A stretch of DNA of 64,000 nucleotides, taken from Octopus vulgaris. Its lineage: Eukaryota. The stretch is taken from NCBI GenBank assembly GCA_951406725.2, contig OX597826.1, positions 39,184,001 to 39,248,000 on the forward strand. The letters are read 5' to 3'. The notes beneath the pieces were generated by a model. The model saw nothing but the letters and a program-made list of their open reading frames with translations. It was not told where the DNA came from and ran no database searches. Positions 13,201 through 25,334 of this stretch are shown here, piece by piece (position 1 is the stretch's first letter; each line of letters opens with the position of its first letter). Both the position numbers and the translations under genes were made by a program.

Positions 13201-14019
13201 TTATTTGTTTATTTTTAAAGATTTGTTTTGCTGTTACATTATTTTCAGAAAGGATTCTATGATCAGCTGACCAGTTGCTGTTTTCTGCTAAAATTCCATT
13301 CATGTCCAGGATGTATTATAATAATATAACTGTATTATAATAATATAACTTGACCGGTGACCTTATTTGATCCAGAGGGGCCATGAGAAGAAAAGTTCAT
13401 ATGGCGAGACATGAACTCGAAACATAAAAGTCTGTACTTAAATATCACAAACATTTTGTCCAACATTCTCAAACACTGTTAATATTTCCCCTGATTTACA
13501 CGTTTAAAGAACTAATAAATTTACTTTGTTTTATCATTGCTATTTTTAATTGTTTCTTTGATTAGTTTTCTCCAGAAAATATGTAATTAACTGACCACTT
13601 CCGACATCAACTGGTCATTTGTCTGTCTTCAGACTGAGTCTTCGAAGGCCATTGCAATCTGTCCAATGATAAAATACATATACAAAGAATGAAGAACAAT
13701 TTATACTGAAGGATGGTTGAAAAAACAAACAAAAATAAACCCATAACATTTTTTTTACTTCTGTCTATCCGTCCGTCCGTCTTTATTCTTCCTATAAATG
13801 ACTTTACTTTCTCTGTAATAAGTTGCTAGTGAAACGTCTACACTTTGTGTCACTATTTTCCTTGCTAATGCCATGATTACATTGTTATTCTTTAGTGACC
13901 TATATTTACACAACATTATTTGAATTGCTAAACACAGATAGGTTGACTGATCATTTTTATTGCCTTTATTAAAAAAAAAATCTTTGAGGAGCAATGACGA
14001 CAGAAGTCATGACAAATTT

Positions 14020-16030
14020 TTTAGGATACCTCCCACATATCCTCTGCGTGTTGCAAAAGGTAACTGAAAAGGGAACTATAGCAGTAACAGGGGGCTGAAT
14101 GCTGTTTGGGTGGCATCAATGGGGTCGTTAAAAACAGTATATTCGCAAGGACATTGCTGTGGAAGGGCGAATTTAGCTTTAAATAGGCCTTGCCATGTCC
14201 TGCACGGGACAGCAACAGCGGAGTACAAGTATCTCAGTGGATGATCCTTGAGTGATGGAGATCGTCAGGTCATGATTAAGTGACGAACATTCTGGTAACC
14301 CTAGAGGCAGCCATCATTCTGCAATGAAGAAGGCAAAGGAAAACCTCTTCACTATTCTCAAGGACGATAATGAATAGTCGCAATTCAATGCTGGAAGATA
14401 ACAATGTGAAGGGAGGCTTGTCTGTCTAATGAGGACGGCTCCTTGCCCAGTAGGGTCCCGACTGTCAGCAAACAGACGGGTCCCGACTGTCAGCAAACTA
14501 CTGTTAGCAACAGAAGTACCAGCAGAGTTGGAACCTGGAATGTGAGAACTTCATATCAAAGTAGCAAGCTTAACATGTTAAGCAAAAAATGATGAGATTA
14601 AATATCAACATCTTGGGCAAAAATAAAACAAGATGGCTGAATAATGGTGACTTCGTCATTGATGATTTCAAGATGATTTATACAAGTGGTAACAAACATG
14701 AAAATGGAGTAGGACTACTTTTAGATCCTGTTATGGCGAAATGTGTCCTTGGCAGTAAGTGAAAGAGTCCTGCCGGTCAAACTTAACATCCACTTAACAT
14801 CTTCATCATAGATGCTTATGCACCCCCAGCAGATAACAGAGAAGATATTGATGCCTTCTATGAGACCTTTGAAGAAGCCAAATCTCAGTGCAAATTAATA
14901 TCATCATGGGAGATTTGAATGTAAAGGTGGGTCATGGATAGGACGGCAAAGCAGATGGTCTGAAAGGAATTGGCAAGAAAAATGAGTGACGTGAGAGATG
15001 GATACGGTGGTGTGAGGCAAAGAATATGATTATTACAAAAACATGATTTAAGGAGTATCTTAAAGAATTTGTACATGGAAGGGCCCTGGTGACAGCTCGA
15101 GAAACTAGATTGGATATATCCCTATCAATGACAAATTTAAAAGATCAGTGAAACATGCAAAAACATATCAAGGAGAAGATTGTGAGAGTGACCATGTACC
15201 AGCAGTATGCATACACCAATGTAAATTAAAGAAGTTGAAGAGAACAAGTTCCACAAAATACGGGCGGTTGAATAAACCGGAGGTGTAAAGAACGGATATA
15301 ATCAGTTGATTGATAATGACAAGGAGATTACCTGGGAAGTAATGAGAAACACTTAAAGAGAAACAGACCAGGAAATCCTGCCATATAAAACGAATAAAAT
15401 CAAAAACAGATAAATGACTGAGGAGATCTTTTCAATGATGAGTAAAAGAAAGAAGATCAGGAACAGGAAATCCAAAGAATATAGGGAACTGGACAGACTG
15501 ATTAAACAGAAGTAGAAGGAAGCTCGAGACGACGTGACTGGATTGACAGTGTGAAGAAACTGAGAGGTAATTTCTGATTTGATACAAAATATATCAGAAG
15601 ATAAATGAGATCTCTGGCAAAAAGTCAAGATGCTCAAACTCCGAATGTATCAGAGTAAAGTTTGGTACCACACTGGTTGAGAAGATTGACGTATTGAATA
15701 GTTGGACAGAGTGTACAGGAGATTTATTTCACGCTGAGAGAGCAATTTTGCCTAGTTTTCCTGACTCTAATTAGGGTCCAAACATCCTGACATCTGAAGT
15801 GCAGATAGCTATCAAAATGACGAACAAAAAAAAAAAAAAAGCCCCCAAAACAAAGTTGCTGGGCTAGACGGAATTGTCATTGAGATAACGAAAGCATTAG
15901 AGGAATTTGAAATTAGAAAACTGATAGATGTAATAAACAACATCTATGATGATGGGAAATTTCCAGAAGACCTGAGTTAATTTTATTGCCATCCCGAAGA
16001 AATCAGAAGCGGTGGACAGTGAACAGAATC
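14020..16030 (+). pseudogene. Decayed RTE-type LINE: 5' UTR, APE endonuclease and start of RT
   Basis: VGTWNVRT (~14527), KHENGVGLLLD, DAYAP, IIMGDLNVKVG, SDHVP, KVAGLDGIVIE with many stops and frameshifts. Confidence 0.8.
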
Positions 16031-16977
16031 GCAGGGACCATACAAATGACTTATTTTTGTATGATCAACACAAAAGAAATCGACAAAAAAAATAGTCATA
16101 AAATATCTTATCCCAATATTCCTTCTGGAATTAGACCTATTACGCACTCAGAGACATTCCCAACTCCAGTTTTCCTTGGGTTTACCTCTTCCGAAGACGA
16201 AGCTAGAAAAGAAGAGTACGAAGATGATAACTAAGATCAAAAAATTACTTCAGAAATCCAAGGTTTCTCTTATGGCACCGAAAAAATCAACTCCTCAACA
16301 GTTTAGCCAAACAGAAATGAATGATTTAGTGCGTGATTTGGGATTCTCCAAGACAACTGAAGTTCTAATATCCAGGCTGCAAGAAAAATATCTACTAGAC
16401 CAAACTGCAAAGTCTCTTGTTTTTGAAAACGAAACTAGATTTTTTTGTCATTTTTTTTTCAGAAGAGAAACACTTTGTTCACTGCCACGATATTCCCGGT
16501 CTTCTCCAGGAGTTAGGAATATTCTTGTACAGCTCAATTGACTGGCAACTATTTCATGATAGTTCTAAGCGCAACCTAATGTGTGTTCTCCTACACAATG
16601 GCAATGTTTATAGAGTTGTCCCAAATGGTCACTCGGTGCGTTTGCAAGAAGAATATGACATAAAAATGGCTCTTGACCAACTAAAATGTCATCAGCACAA
16701 CTAGACCATTTGTGTAGACTTGAAAATGGTCATTTTCCTCCTTGGCCAACAGCAAGGTTTCACAAAGTATCCTTGTTATCTATGCATGTAAGACAGCTGA
16801 GTTTGAGAGAAATACTAGATTCAGAAGACGTGGCCCTTTGGTGAGATTCTGGAAGCAGGCATGCCAAATATTGTGAATGATCCAATTGCCAGCCAAGAAA
16901 GAATTATTTTCGTACCATTCCATATAAAGCTGGACTTGATGAAGCAATTCATTAAGGTATTGAATGCTGATATTTAA

Positions 16978-17224
16978 TACATTATTTACATTTGATGGAT
17001 ATTTGTTCTCATCTTGTTTGTTGTTGTCACAACGTTTCGGTTGATATACTCTCCAGCTTTCTTCAGGTGTCTTGAGGAAATTTCGAACCTGGGTTCTCAT
17101 TCCTAAGGTATTTTTCGATGTTGCTGTTGTTGTTGTTGTTGTTGTTGTTGTTCGGGTCACTGCTTGGAATCGAATTCGAAATCTTGGGGTTAGTAACCCG
17201 CGCTCTTAACCACTACGCCATATG
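16978..17224 (-). mobile_element. tRNA-headed non-autonomous element with (CAA)n linker and hammerhead-bearing tail
   Basis: Minus strand A-box TGGCGTAGTGG, B-box-like GAATTCGATTCC, (CAA)n, then CAC-CTGAAGA-...-GAAA-CG-TT-GTG. Confidence 0.7.
17028..17069 (-). ncRNA. Minimal hammerhead-like motif (CG stem III)
   Basis: CAC-CTGAAGA-AAGCTG(GAGAGTATAT)CAACC-GAAA-CG-TT-GTG; stem II partly decayed, while the sister copy at 17423-17456 has AGGCT/AGCC. Confidence 0.55.
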
Positions 17225-17358
17225 TAATAATACATGTAATAATAATGTATTAACTATCAGCATTCAATACCTTAGTGAATTGCTTCATCAAGTCCAGCTT
17301 TATATGGAATGGTACGAAAATAATTTTTTCTTGGCTGGCAATTGGATCATTCACAATA

Positions 17359-17535
17359 ATAACAACAACAACAACAACATCGAAAAATACTTTAGGAATG
17401 AGTTCGAAATTTCCCCCCAAGGCACCTGAAAAAGGCTGTGGAGCCAAAACGTATTAACAACAAACAAGATGAGGACAAATATCCGTCGAATGTAAATAAT
17501 GTACATAATTCCTCATCTCTTAAATATAGAACTGA
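17359..17535 (+). mobile_element. Headless, oppositely oriented copy of the tail of 16978-17224
   Basis: CATCGAAAAATAC..TTAGGAATGAG...AACAAACAAGATGAGGACAAATATCC is the inverse of 16995-17120. Confidence 0.8.
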
Positions 17536-17753
17536 TAGTTAATTAAATCTCAGAATGAGATTGAAACAGCATTCGCTCGATAATGTAAAGTATAGAAGCC
17601 ATCTTATCATGGCTAACCACATTGGGAAGAGGGTGTTACTGTAGCTTTATAGCCCCAAGAGATCTTCGTCTCTAGCTGGCTTTAGACACAATATCTGTGT
17701 CCTTGGAGTATTTGCAAAGGGAGGCCATCCCTTCCTCGCAAGCCTGAGTGATA

Positions 17754-17796
17754 CGCTCGAACTAGTTTCGGGATTGTTGTCCCTCGTCAACGGGCG
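17754..17796 (-). ncRNA. Minimal hammerhead-like motif in a ~260-bp insertion (~17550-17807)
   Basis: CGCCCG-TTGACGA-GGGA(CAACAA)TCCC-GAAA-CTAG-TT-CGAGCG: stem I 5/6 paired, palindromic CTAG stem III. Confidence 0.65.
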
Positions 17797-18969
17797 GTAA
17801 CCACCAGGTAGTTATTGTTTTCAATATACAGTATCTGCATTTCTTGGTTTGTTATTTGAGAAACTGAAAGCATGTGTGCTTAGCGGACTCCAGATTCGTA
17901 CCTTTGTACGTGATGAGGAATTTGTCGCAAAGATGAATGACAAGGAAAGAGCAGCATGGCTGTCATTCGTAGCAATCATAAAAAAGATTTTTTTTTGGAA
18001 ACAGAAAAGCAGATGACAATGAAATTATTGTAAATAATATGTTGTCAGCTTCCCATTATCTTAGGTGTAACATGAGTGATAAACTCCATTTTCTGCATAA
18101 GTCACCTTGATCAATTCCCTGAAAATCTTGGAGATGTAAGTGAACAAGGTGATCGCTTCCACCAAAACCTCAGAACCACGGAAGATCGTTATCAAGGGCG
18201 ATGGGATGAAAATATGATGGCAGATTACTGAGAGAGGATCAAATAAGATTTTCCTGAGAAAGTCTACAAATGCAAGAGCTCCAAGCGCAAATTCTTGCCT
18301 ATAAAAAGTCTATTTGTGTTTTATTTTCCAGCCTAATCAGTTTCTCAACTATTTACACCTATCATTTGTATATAACATATTTTCAACTGAAACCAGATGG
18401 CAAAAACAGGAAAAAAAATTGGCTCATGATAACATTTATTTTACTCAGAATCGGAATAAGAAATATTATTTTCATAGCCTAATTTTTATTGTGGTGTACT
18501 AACTCATATATATAAATAAAGTTAGAATCTTAATGCATAGATATTTGTTCTTTTCCACCTAGTTTGAAGATAGCACAACTAGAAAAGTATCTGATGGATT
18601 ACATCTTATCTCAGGAAATATTTGAAATTTGAAAAACATAAAAAACCATAATTGTGAAAAACAAACTTCATATTTGAATTCAGCATGCTCAAATTATGGA
18701 ATACTAATTGTTGGTATCAATACAACAACAGTTTTGTTGGCCAGTGTTATTAATTGGTTGAAGTAACCAAAGAGAGAGAACCGATTTTGGGTTCAGTATC
18801 ATATTTTTTCTAATTAGGTCAGGCCGAACGAAGGATTTTCCCTCTGTAATAAACCTTGACCCAGGTTTGACTTGAAAAGGTTACAGGTTAACAATTGACT
18901 CTCATAAATTTCGTAGAGTAAAATTCAAGAACAATAGGTTGAGAACTACACGCACACACACACACACAC

Positions 18970-21302
18970 ATAATGGCACACTTTTCGCGTATTCTCTCTA
19001 GGGTGTAGAACCTCTGTGTTTTTAGCTTCTCCCTGTTGCACCGTGTCAATCTTCTTTTGCAGCAGTGTTGGATTGTCTCGAGTTCTGTTTATTATTTTGA
19101 CACTTCGTGGTGACCACAGTTGAAGTCCCCAATCTAAGATGCTGGGATAGTAAAGGCTTTCCATAGGAGTAGCATTGGTATCCTTTTTCCTTGTTCAGAA
19201 TGATCCCAGGATCCGACCGGCTACTCATCTGTACCGTGTTGCCATCTTAGAAATATGCATATGGAATGGTGCATCGTTACTCATGTGGATACCCAGATCA
19301 CACTCCGACTCTGACTCTGGGATTGCACTACCCTCTGGTCCTGTGTATTTCGACTGCAATCTGTTTGCTGTGTTAAAGTGCTTAAAACTCCTCAGCATTG
19401 AACTGCGTGTTATTTTTATCAGCCCACTTGGATACTGTATTCCGGTATTTCTCCATTTGTATATCATCAGGGTCTTTGGCTGCTTGCGATACTTTTATAT
19501 CATCAACAAAACTGGGGAGAGTGAGTGACTGTATGACTCAAGGCATATTTGACAGAGCCGCTACAAACAGTAGCGATCTCAGTGTTGTTCCCCGAGAGTC
19601 TCCAATTAGTATTGTGTTCTCCTCAGAGAGAGCACAACTGACTTTAACCATTCAAAGATGTCATGCAGCCCCAAACCTAGTTTTCCGGTGATATGAAAGT
19701 CATGCAGTTTGCAACATATCCAATGATCAACTTTGTCGAAGACCCTGTCAAAGTCGAAATATATCGCATCCTATTTAAGTGGCTGAGCTGTGTGAGGTAG
19801 CTCTCCTTGGACGGAAGTCACGTTGCATGTTAGAGACCAAGCTATTTCTTCTAGGGAAGCAATCAGCTTCTTTCTGACAATGCATTTCATGACTTTGCTA
19901 ACATGTGAAGTCAGAGAGACGGACCTGTAAATTTTAGTATCTTCCCCTTTTCCTCCTTTATGGATAGAGCGTTTTATTTCCCCTTGTAACATGGTAGATA
20001 TCTGTGGAAAAGTATTTACAGTGGTTTTGCGAGCGCTCTCTTACATATCTTTAAAAGTACAGCCGGAAATCTATCTAGGTTCCTTGCTGAGTTCGAATTC
20101 ATCTCATCAATGGCTGATATAACATCCTTTTCCTAATCAATGATTACATGTTCTTTGTGTGGATGTGGGACGTTAAAGAACTCATCAGGGCTGCTTATTT
20201 GCATACCTCCCCGTGGGGAAGTGAGCCTGTGTGTTTATATATTTAAAATTTCCTTTATCCTCACAGGGTCTGCAATCATTTGGCCATTTTCTTCAAACAT
20301 GGCTCTATCTTTTGGCGTACTGAAGCAAATTCTTTTGCAAATTTGTAAAAGGGTTAATATTTTATATTTTCAACCGATGACTCTTCTTTCCTTTTCTTTT
20401 TCATGGGGTGTGGGAGAGTCTGAGTATGTATTAGAATTCTAAAAGTGGGATTTGAGGTGGAATCTCTCTTTGTCATTGTTATTTACTTAAGTCATATGAA
20501 ATCTTTATTCTCCGTTTCATAAGGCCTCTCCTATTTTGGGGAATGTTTTGTTCCCTCTGGAACAAATTTAATGCATTGGTGACTTAAAATATGTGAGTTT
20601 CCTGTCAATGTCTTGCATAGAGAGACTTTTGGGCCAATTTTACTTCAAGATCTGTTTTTCAATTGGTTTCCAGTCAGCCTTGTAGAGATCAGATAAATAG
20701 GATTTGAGTGCGATCTGTGTAAAATACGTCTTTAATTGGTTTTAGACCAAAGATTGTGAGTTCTATTAAGTTATTGTCTGAGAAAGCTGTCGGTGATACT
20801 TTCACACTGTGGATAAGTCTCGCGTTACGGTTGAAGCAGAGCTACAAGTTGTTCTTGGTTTTGATTGGGAAAACTATAGGTTGCTTCATAAACATCATTT
20901 TCGTGAGATCAAGCAGAATCTCTGCTTGACCGCATTCTTTGCGTGTCATTCGTGAGATTATGTCGCTTTTAGGCCATCTGAAGTTTGGAGAAGTTGAAGT
21001 CACACACCAGATAAATACATTAATGTATTTATCTAGTTTTGTTAGTATTTCTTTTATCATTTTAAAAGGTTCTTCAAATTTATCATCATGATTTGAGGCA
21101 TCAGGTGGACGATACAATGTGTATATTACCACACCAAATTGCTTTAAATGCAGTATGAGTGTGTAATAGACCGAGTTTGAATGTAACAACGGGGTTAAAG
21201 TTGTGACATTTTCATGGAAATATATCGCAACTCCAACATAACTTCATTCTCTTCTGTGTGTACGAAACACAGCGATTATTGGTTTGTGTATCTCCGCATC
21301 AT
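18970..21302 (-). pseudogene. Decayed CR1/Jockey-group LINE ORF2 (endonuclease + RT)
   Basis: YTLYRPPDAS, KNNL, YRSVSLTSHVSKVMKCIVRKKL, DFDRVFDKVDH, ECDLGIHMS, QLWSP motifs, all broken by stops. Confidence 0.8.
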
Positions 21303-22607
21303 TTCCGCATAAGCATATCAAAATATCTGTGCATGTACGTGTACAGGTTTGTGTGTATATGCATATGTTTGTGTTTGTGTGTGTGTATGTGCGTGCGGGT
21401 GCGTATGTGAGCCTGTGTGTTTGTATATGAGTGTGTGCATATGCGGTATGATAACCCCATTATTTCTTCAAATCATTTCAATCTTACACATTGGGAACAA
21501 CTTTAAAAAAAAAACCCTTTACCCTATGACATCTAAGAGTTACGACTTCTTGTAGTTTTGGTTTAGTGTTGCATTTTATAAAAACATAACTTTTATTCTA
21601 CATACCACACCCCTTCCTTGCAAATCCCCCGTCCTCCACCTGCAAACTTCATACATATGGAATTTGACATAATTTTTTTTCTTCTGTTGAGTTCAGTAAG
21701 TCAAGGTTGAGCAAGTGATCCACTTTAAACACAGATTGTTCTTCACTAGGAATTCATGTCGAGAGCAATTTACTAGAACGAGCTAACCCAGTGACACAAC
21801 ACATTCTCTTATCACATTACAGTTGTGTGATGATCATGTTTAGGAAATACACACATGCTTATATAAACACACACATATGCGCACACATCATTCTGTTACG
21901 TCTGTTTTGCATGCTGGCATGGGCTGGACTGGTTAATACAATCTGAATCAGTTCTTATCCGGACTAACTGACCTCTTATCTGGGTTGGGGTTCACGTCTT
22001 GCTCGTACAGTCTAATTTTGGCTCGATCTATATGGATGGATACCCTTTCTAACACTAACACTTTACAAAGTATATTCAGTGTATGTTATCAGGGCGCCAA
22101 CACTAGTGAGGTTGCTATGTTCTCAGCAAGACTCAGGAGTCTTCTTGATCTTGCGGTGTCTCTATTCGTTCGAGAAATTATGAAGAAAATGAATGAATAG
22201 AATTGAGCGATGACAACGGAACTTGAGAAAGTGAGAAGAGTGAGGGCATGTTAGGACAAACAGATTGGTTGAGGTGTGAGGATGGTAAATGGTGGTGTGA
22301 TGGAAGAGGTTCAATTTGGGGGTCGAGTAATAGATGACAGGTAATGATGGTAGCTACATATTTAGTATGATGGTAAGAGAGGGTAGTAGATTTTGATAAC
22401 GAATGGGCTGTGGGTGCGGAAATGGTCGCCAGCAGCTTAGAAATGATGATGGCAGGGTATATCAGTTACAAAAAAGAGCCGATGCTATCCTCCATATCTA
22501 GCCATTGTGATGGAAGAGTGAGAGGCGGGGTGAATAGGATGGTGGTAAAAATACCAACGTTCATTTGTGATTGGTGCTATTTCTCACTGTATGGGTAGTA
22601 TGAGGTA

Positions 22608-22975
22608 TAGAAACGTTAGCATGCCGGGTGAAGTTCAAATTCCGCCGAGGTCAACTTTGCCTTTCATCCTTTCGGGGTCGATAAATTAAGTACCACTCAC
22701 GCACTGGGGTCGATTTAATCGACTTAATACCTATGTCTGTCCTTGTTTGTCCCCTCTATGTTTAGCCCCTTGTGGGTAATAAAGAAATAGGTATTTCGCC
22801 TGCTGCAACGTTCAGAGTTCAAATTCCGCCGAGGTCAACTTTGCCTGTCATCCTTTCGGGGTCGATTAAAAAAGTACCAGTTATGCACTGGGGTCGATAA
22901 AATCGACTTAATCCGTTTGTCTGTCCTTGTTTGTCCCTTCTGTGTTTAGCCCCTTGTGGGTAATAAAGAAATAGG
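22608..22975 (+). mobile_element. Two tandem 5'-truncated SINE family B copies
   Basis: AGTTCAAATTCCGCCGAGG...GTAATAAAGAAATAGGTAT occurs twice head-to-tail. Confidence 0.85.
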
Positions 22976-23128
22976 TATGAATAAGAGAAAGAAAGAGAGT
23001 GTGGCGGGAGGGTGAGGGCAAAGAGTAAATGATTGATGGGATTGACTGATAGATAAGAAAGTATCATAGAGGGAGTAGGGGCAAGGGATCAAAGAGGATG
23101 TATGAAGCCCACGCCGTGTGTGTGTGTG

Positions 23129-23180
<52 letters not shown>

Positions 23181-23482
23181 TGTAGTTGTGTGCACACACA
23201 CACAGATGCACACACCTTGCATATAATAAAGCGCAATGTGTGCACTGTCGGTCACGCTAAAAGGAAGAAAGAATAAAACAACAGGCGTATCAGGTGTGGG
23301 TAAGAGTGACAGATACTAAAACAGGTGACAGCATTTAGAGGCATGTTAATCGAGATAAAACTGCAAATTTTTTTATTGTAAATTCCATTTACTTTATCAG
23401 TTTCTCCCTCCCTCTCTCACACACACGTATGCACACACACACACACACACACACACACGAATATATATATATATATATATAT

Positions 23483-23686
23483 AGTTAATCCAAACAAGAA
23501 AGCACAAAAAACACAACAACGCGAGGACGTGGAACAAATATAGTATTTTTGGACGCTCAGGAAAGAAGGAAAGAAGGAGGGTTTAACGTTTCGTGCGGAG
23601 CTCTGCGTCGGAAACATAGGAGAAGGAAAGATCCAGAGAAGGGAAGACAGAGGGAAAAAATCGCCAACGGTACACACGCGGTCACA
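23483..23686 (-). mobile_element. Short Penelope-type terminal-repeat element flanked by (TA)n, with degenerate hammerhead at 23581-23615
   Basis: Minus strand GTTT-CCGACGC-AGAGC(TCC)GCAC-GAAA-CG-TT-AAAC; related to 32205-32370. Confidence 0.55.
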
Positions 23687-23716
23687 ATATATATATGAAA
23701 TTTAATATTGAAACAC

Positions 23717-23990
23717 AGTGGCTGTGTGGTAAGTAGCTTGCTTAGCAACCACATGGTTCTGGGTTCAGTCGCACTGCGTGGCACCTTGGGCAAATGTCTG
23801 CTACTATAGCCTCGGACCGACCAAAGCCTTGTGAGTGGATTTGGTAGACGGAAACTGAAAGAAGCCCGTCGTATGTATGTATGTATGTATGTATGTATGT
23901 ATGTATGTATGTATGTATGTATGTATGTATGTATGTATGTATGTATGTATGTATGTACGTACGTATGTATGTATGTATGCATACATACTT
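23717..23990 (+). mobile_element. SINE family A 5' half running into (ATGT)n
   Basis: Head through GAAAGAAGCCCGTCG, then ~110 bp of (TATG)n. Confidence 0.85.
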
Positions 23991-24044
23991 ATATTTGATA
24001 ACGGAGAGGAGAGATTTATTCACATCGTTTACATTTATGTATAC

Positions 24045-24270
24045 GTTACTCTTTTACATGTTTCAGTCATTTGACTGAGGCCATGCTGAAGCACCGCCTT
24101 TTTGTCGAGCAAATCGACCCCATGACTTATTCTTTGTAGGCCTAGTGCTTATTCTATCGGTCTCTTTTGCCGAACCGCTAAGTTACGGGGACGTAAACAC
24201 ACCAGCATCGGTTGTCAAGTGATGGGGGGGGGGGGGGCAAATACAGACACGGAAACACACACACACACAT
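24045..24270 (-). mobile_element. SINE family A 3' half, inverted
   Basis: Reverse complement of the family A 3' body and tail. Confidence 0.85.
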
Positions 24271-24276
24271 ATATTT

Positions 24277-24327
<51 letters not shown>

Positions 24328-24495
24328 GTGATAAATAAAAATATATGCATACATACAAACATGTATGTACGTACCTACATCTACATGTATATATACATGC
24401 ATATATAAATAATTATACGTGAGTACAGGACACCACAATAAGACGTAGAAACGGGAAAATAAAAAAAACAAAAAACAAGAAAACGAAAAAACAAA

Positions 24496-24830
24496 AAACA
24501 AGAAAACGAAAAAAACAGTTACAGGACGTGCTCTTGTGTGTTTGATTTCCTGTATCGTATTCTCTTTTTATTTTCTCGTTTTGTATTTATTTGTATTTTT
24601 TGTACATGTATTTTTATTTTTGCAGTTTTATTGTTACGTCCTGTTCGTGTTCGTACTCATTTTGCCCCGCTGCTTGGAATTTTATTTTAATTCTCTCGCA
24701 GGAAGACCTAGTGGATTAGTGTTCTGTCTCTGCCTTTGAAACATGCTTGACTCTACTAGCGACAGCTGATGACGGGGGTTTTTTTCTTGTGTAGCACGTC
24801 CTGTAACTGTTTTTTTCGTTTTCTTGTTTT
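24496..24830. repeat. ~37-bp inverted repeat pair enclosing a T-rich element fragment
   Basis: AAAACAAGAAAACGAAAAAAACAGTTACAGGACGTGCT vs AGCACGTCCTGTAACTGTTTTTTTCGTTTTCTTGTTTT. Confidence 0.8.
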
Positions 24831-25283
24831 GATCCATGCATGTTACTCCCTATAATTTTGCCGGGCGCTTTTCTTTCGTTTATTCCTTTCTTCCTTTCGT
24901 TTTAGTCCTTTCTCCTTGTTTGCCATTTCTGATACAAGCCTCTATTTCCTTTTCCAAGTTAAGGATAACTGATTTCATCGATCTAAAAAACGTAAACAAA
25001 CATACGTGCATGCACACAAATTCAATACACTCACATACGCATGCACACACATACATAAGTGTATATAAATATGAATGCGTATGTATGAAATTATATAATA
25101 TATACATTACCGTGACTGACCAGTCTATCAGATGTTGCTACACATCGCGGGTCACAATGCGCTTCACATTGTTTTAGCCTTCAAATGACGCCACCCCGCT
25201 GGCTAAGCGAGCAGGCGAGAAATATATATATATGTGAGTGTGTACACATACATACATATACGCACACACACATATATATATGA

Positions 25284-25329
<46 letters not shown>

Positions 25330-25334
25330 TCATA

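Larger units (their letters stand above)
16035..18746 (+). mobile_element. Decayed Chapaev-type (CMC, Chapaev3-like) DNA transposon, 5'-truncated and interrupted
   Basis: LFHDSSKRNLMCVLLHNGN, CVDLKMVIFLLGQQQGFTKYPC, FHIKLDLMKQF, GDRFHQNL..RYQGRWDENMMADY; 3' end TTGTTGGCCAGTG followed by TTA. Confidence 0.75.

Noticed and set aside
17153-17224. tRNA gene
   Set aside because: No acceptor stem and a mutated B box; it is the head of a repeat. The same applies to 36271-36345.
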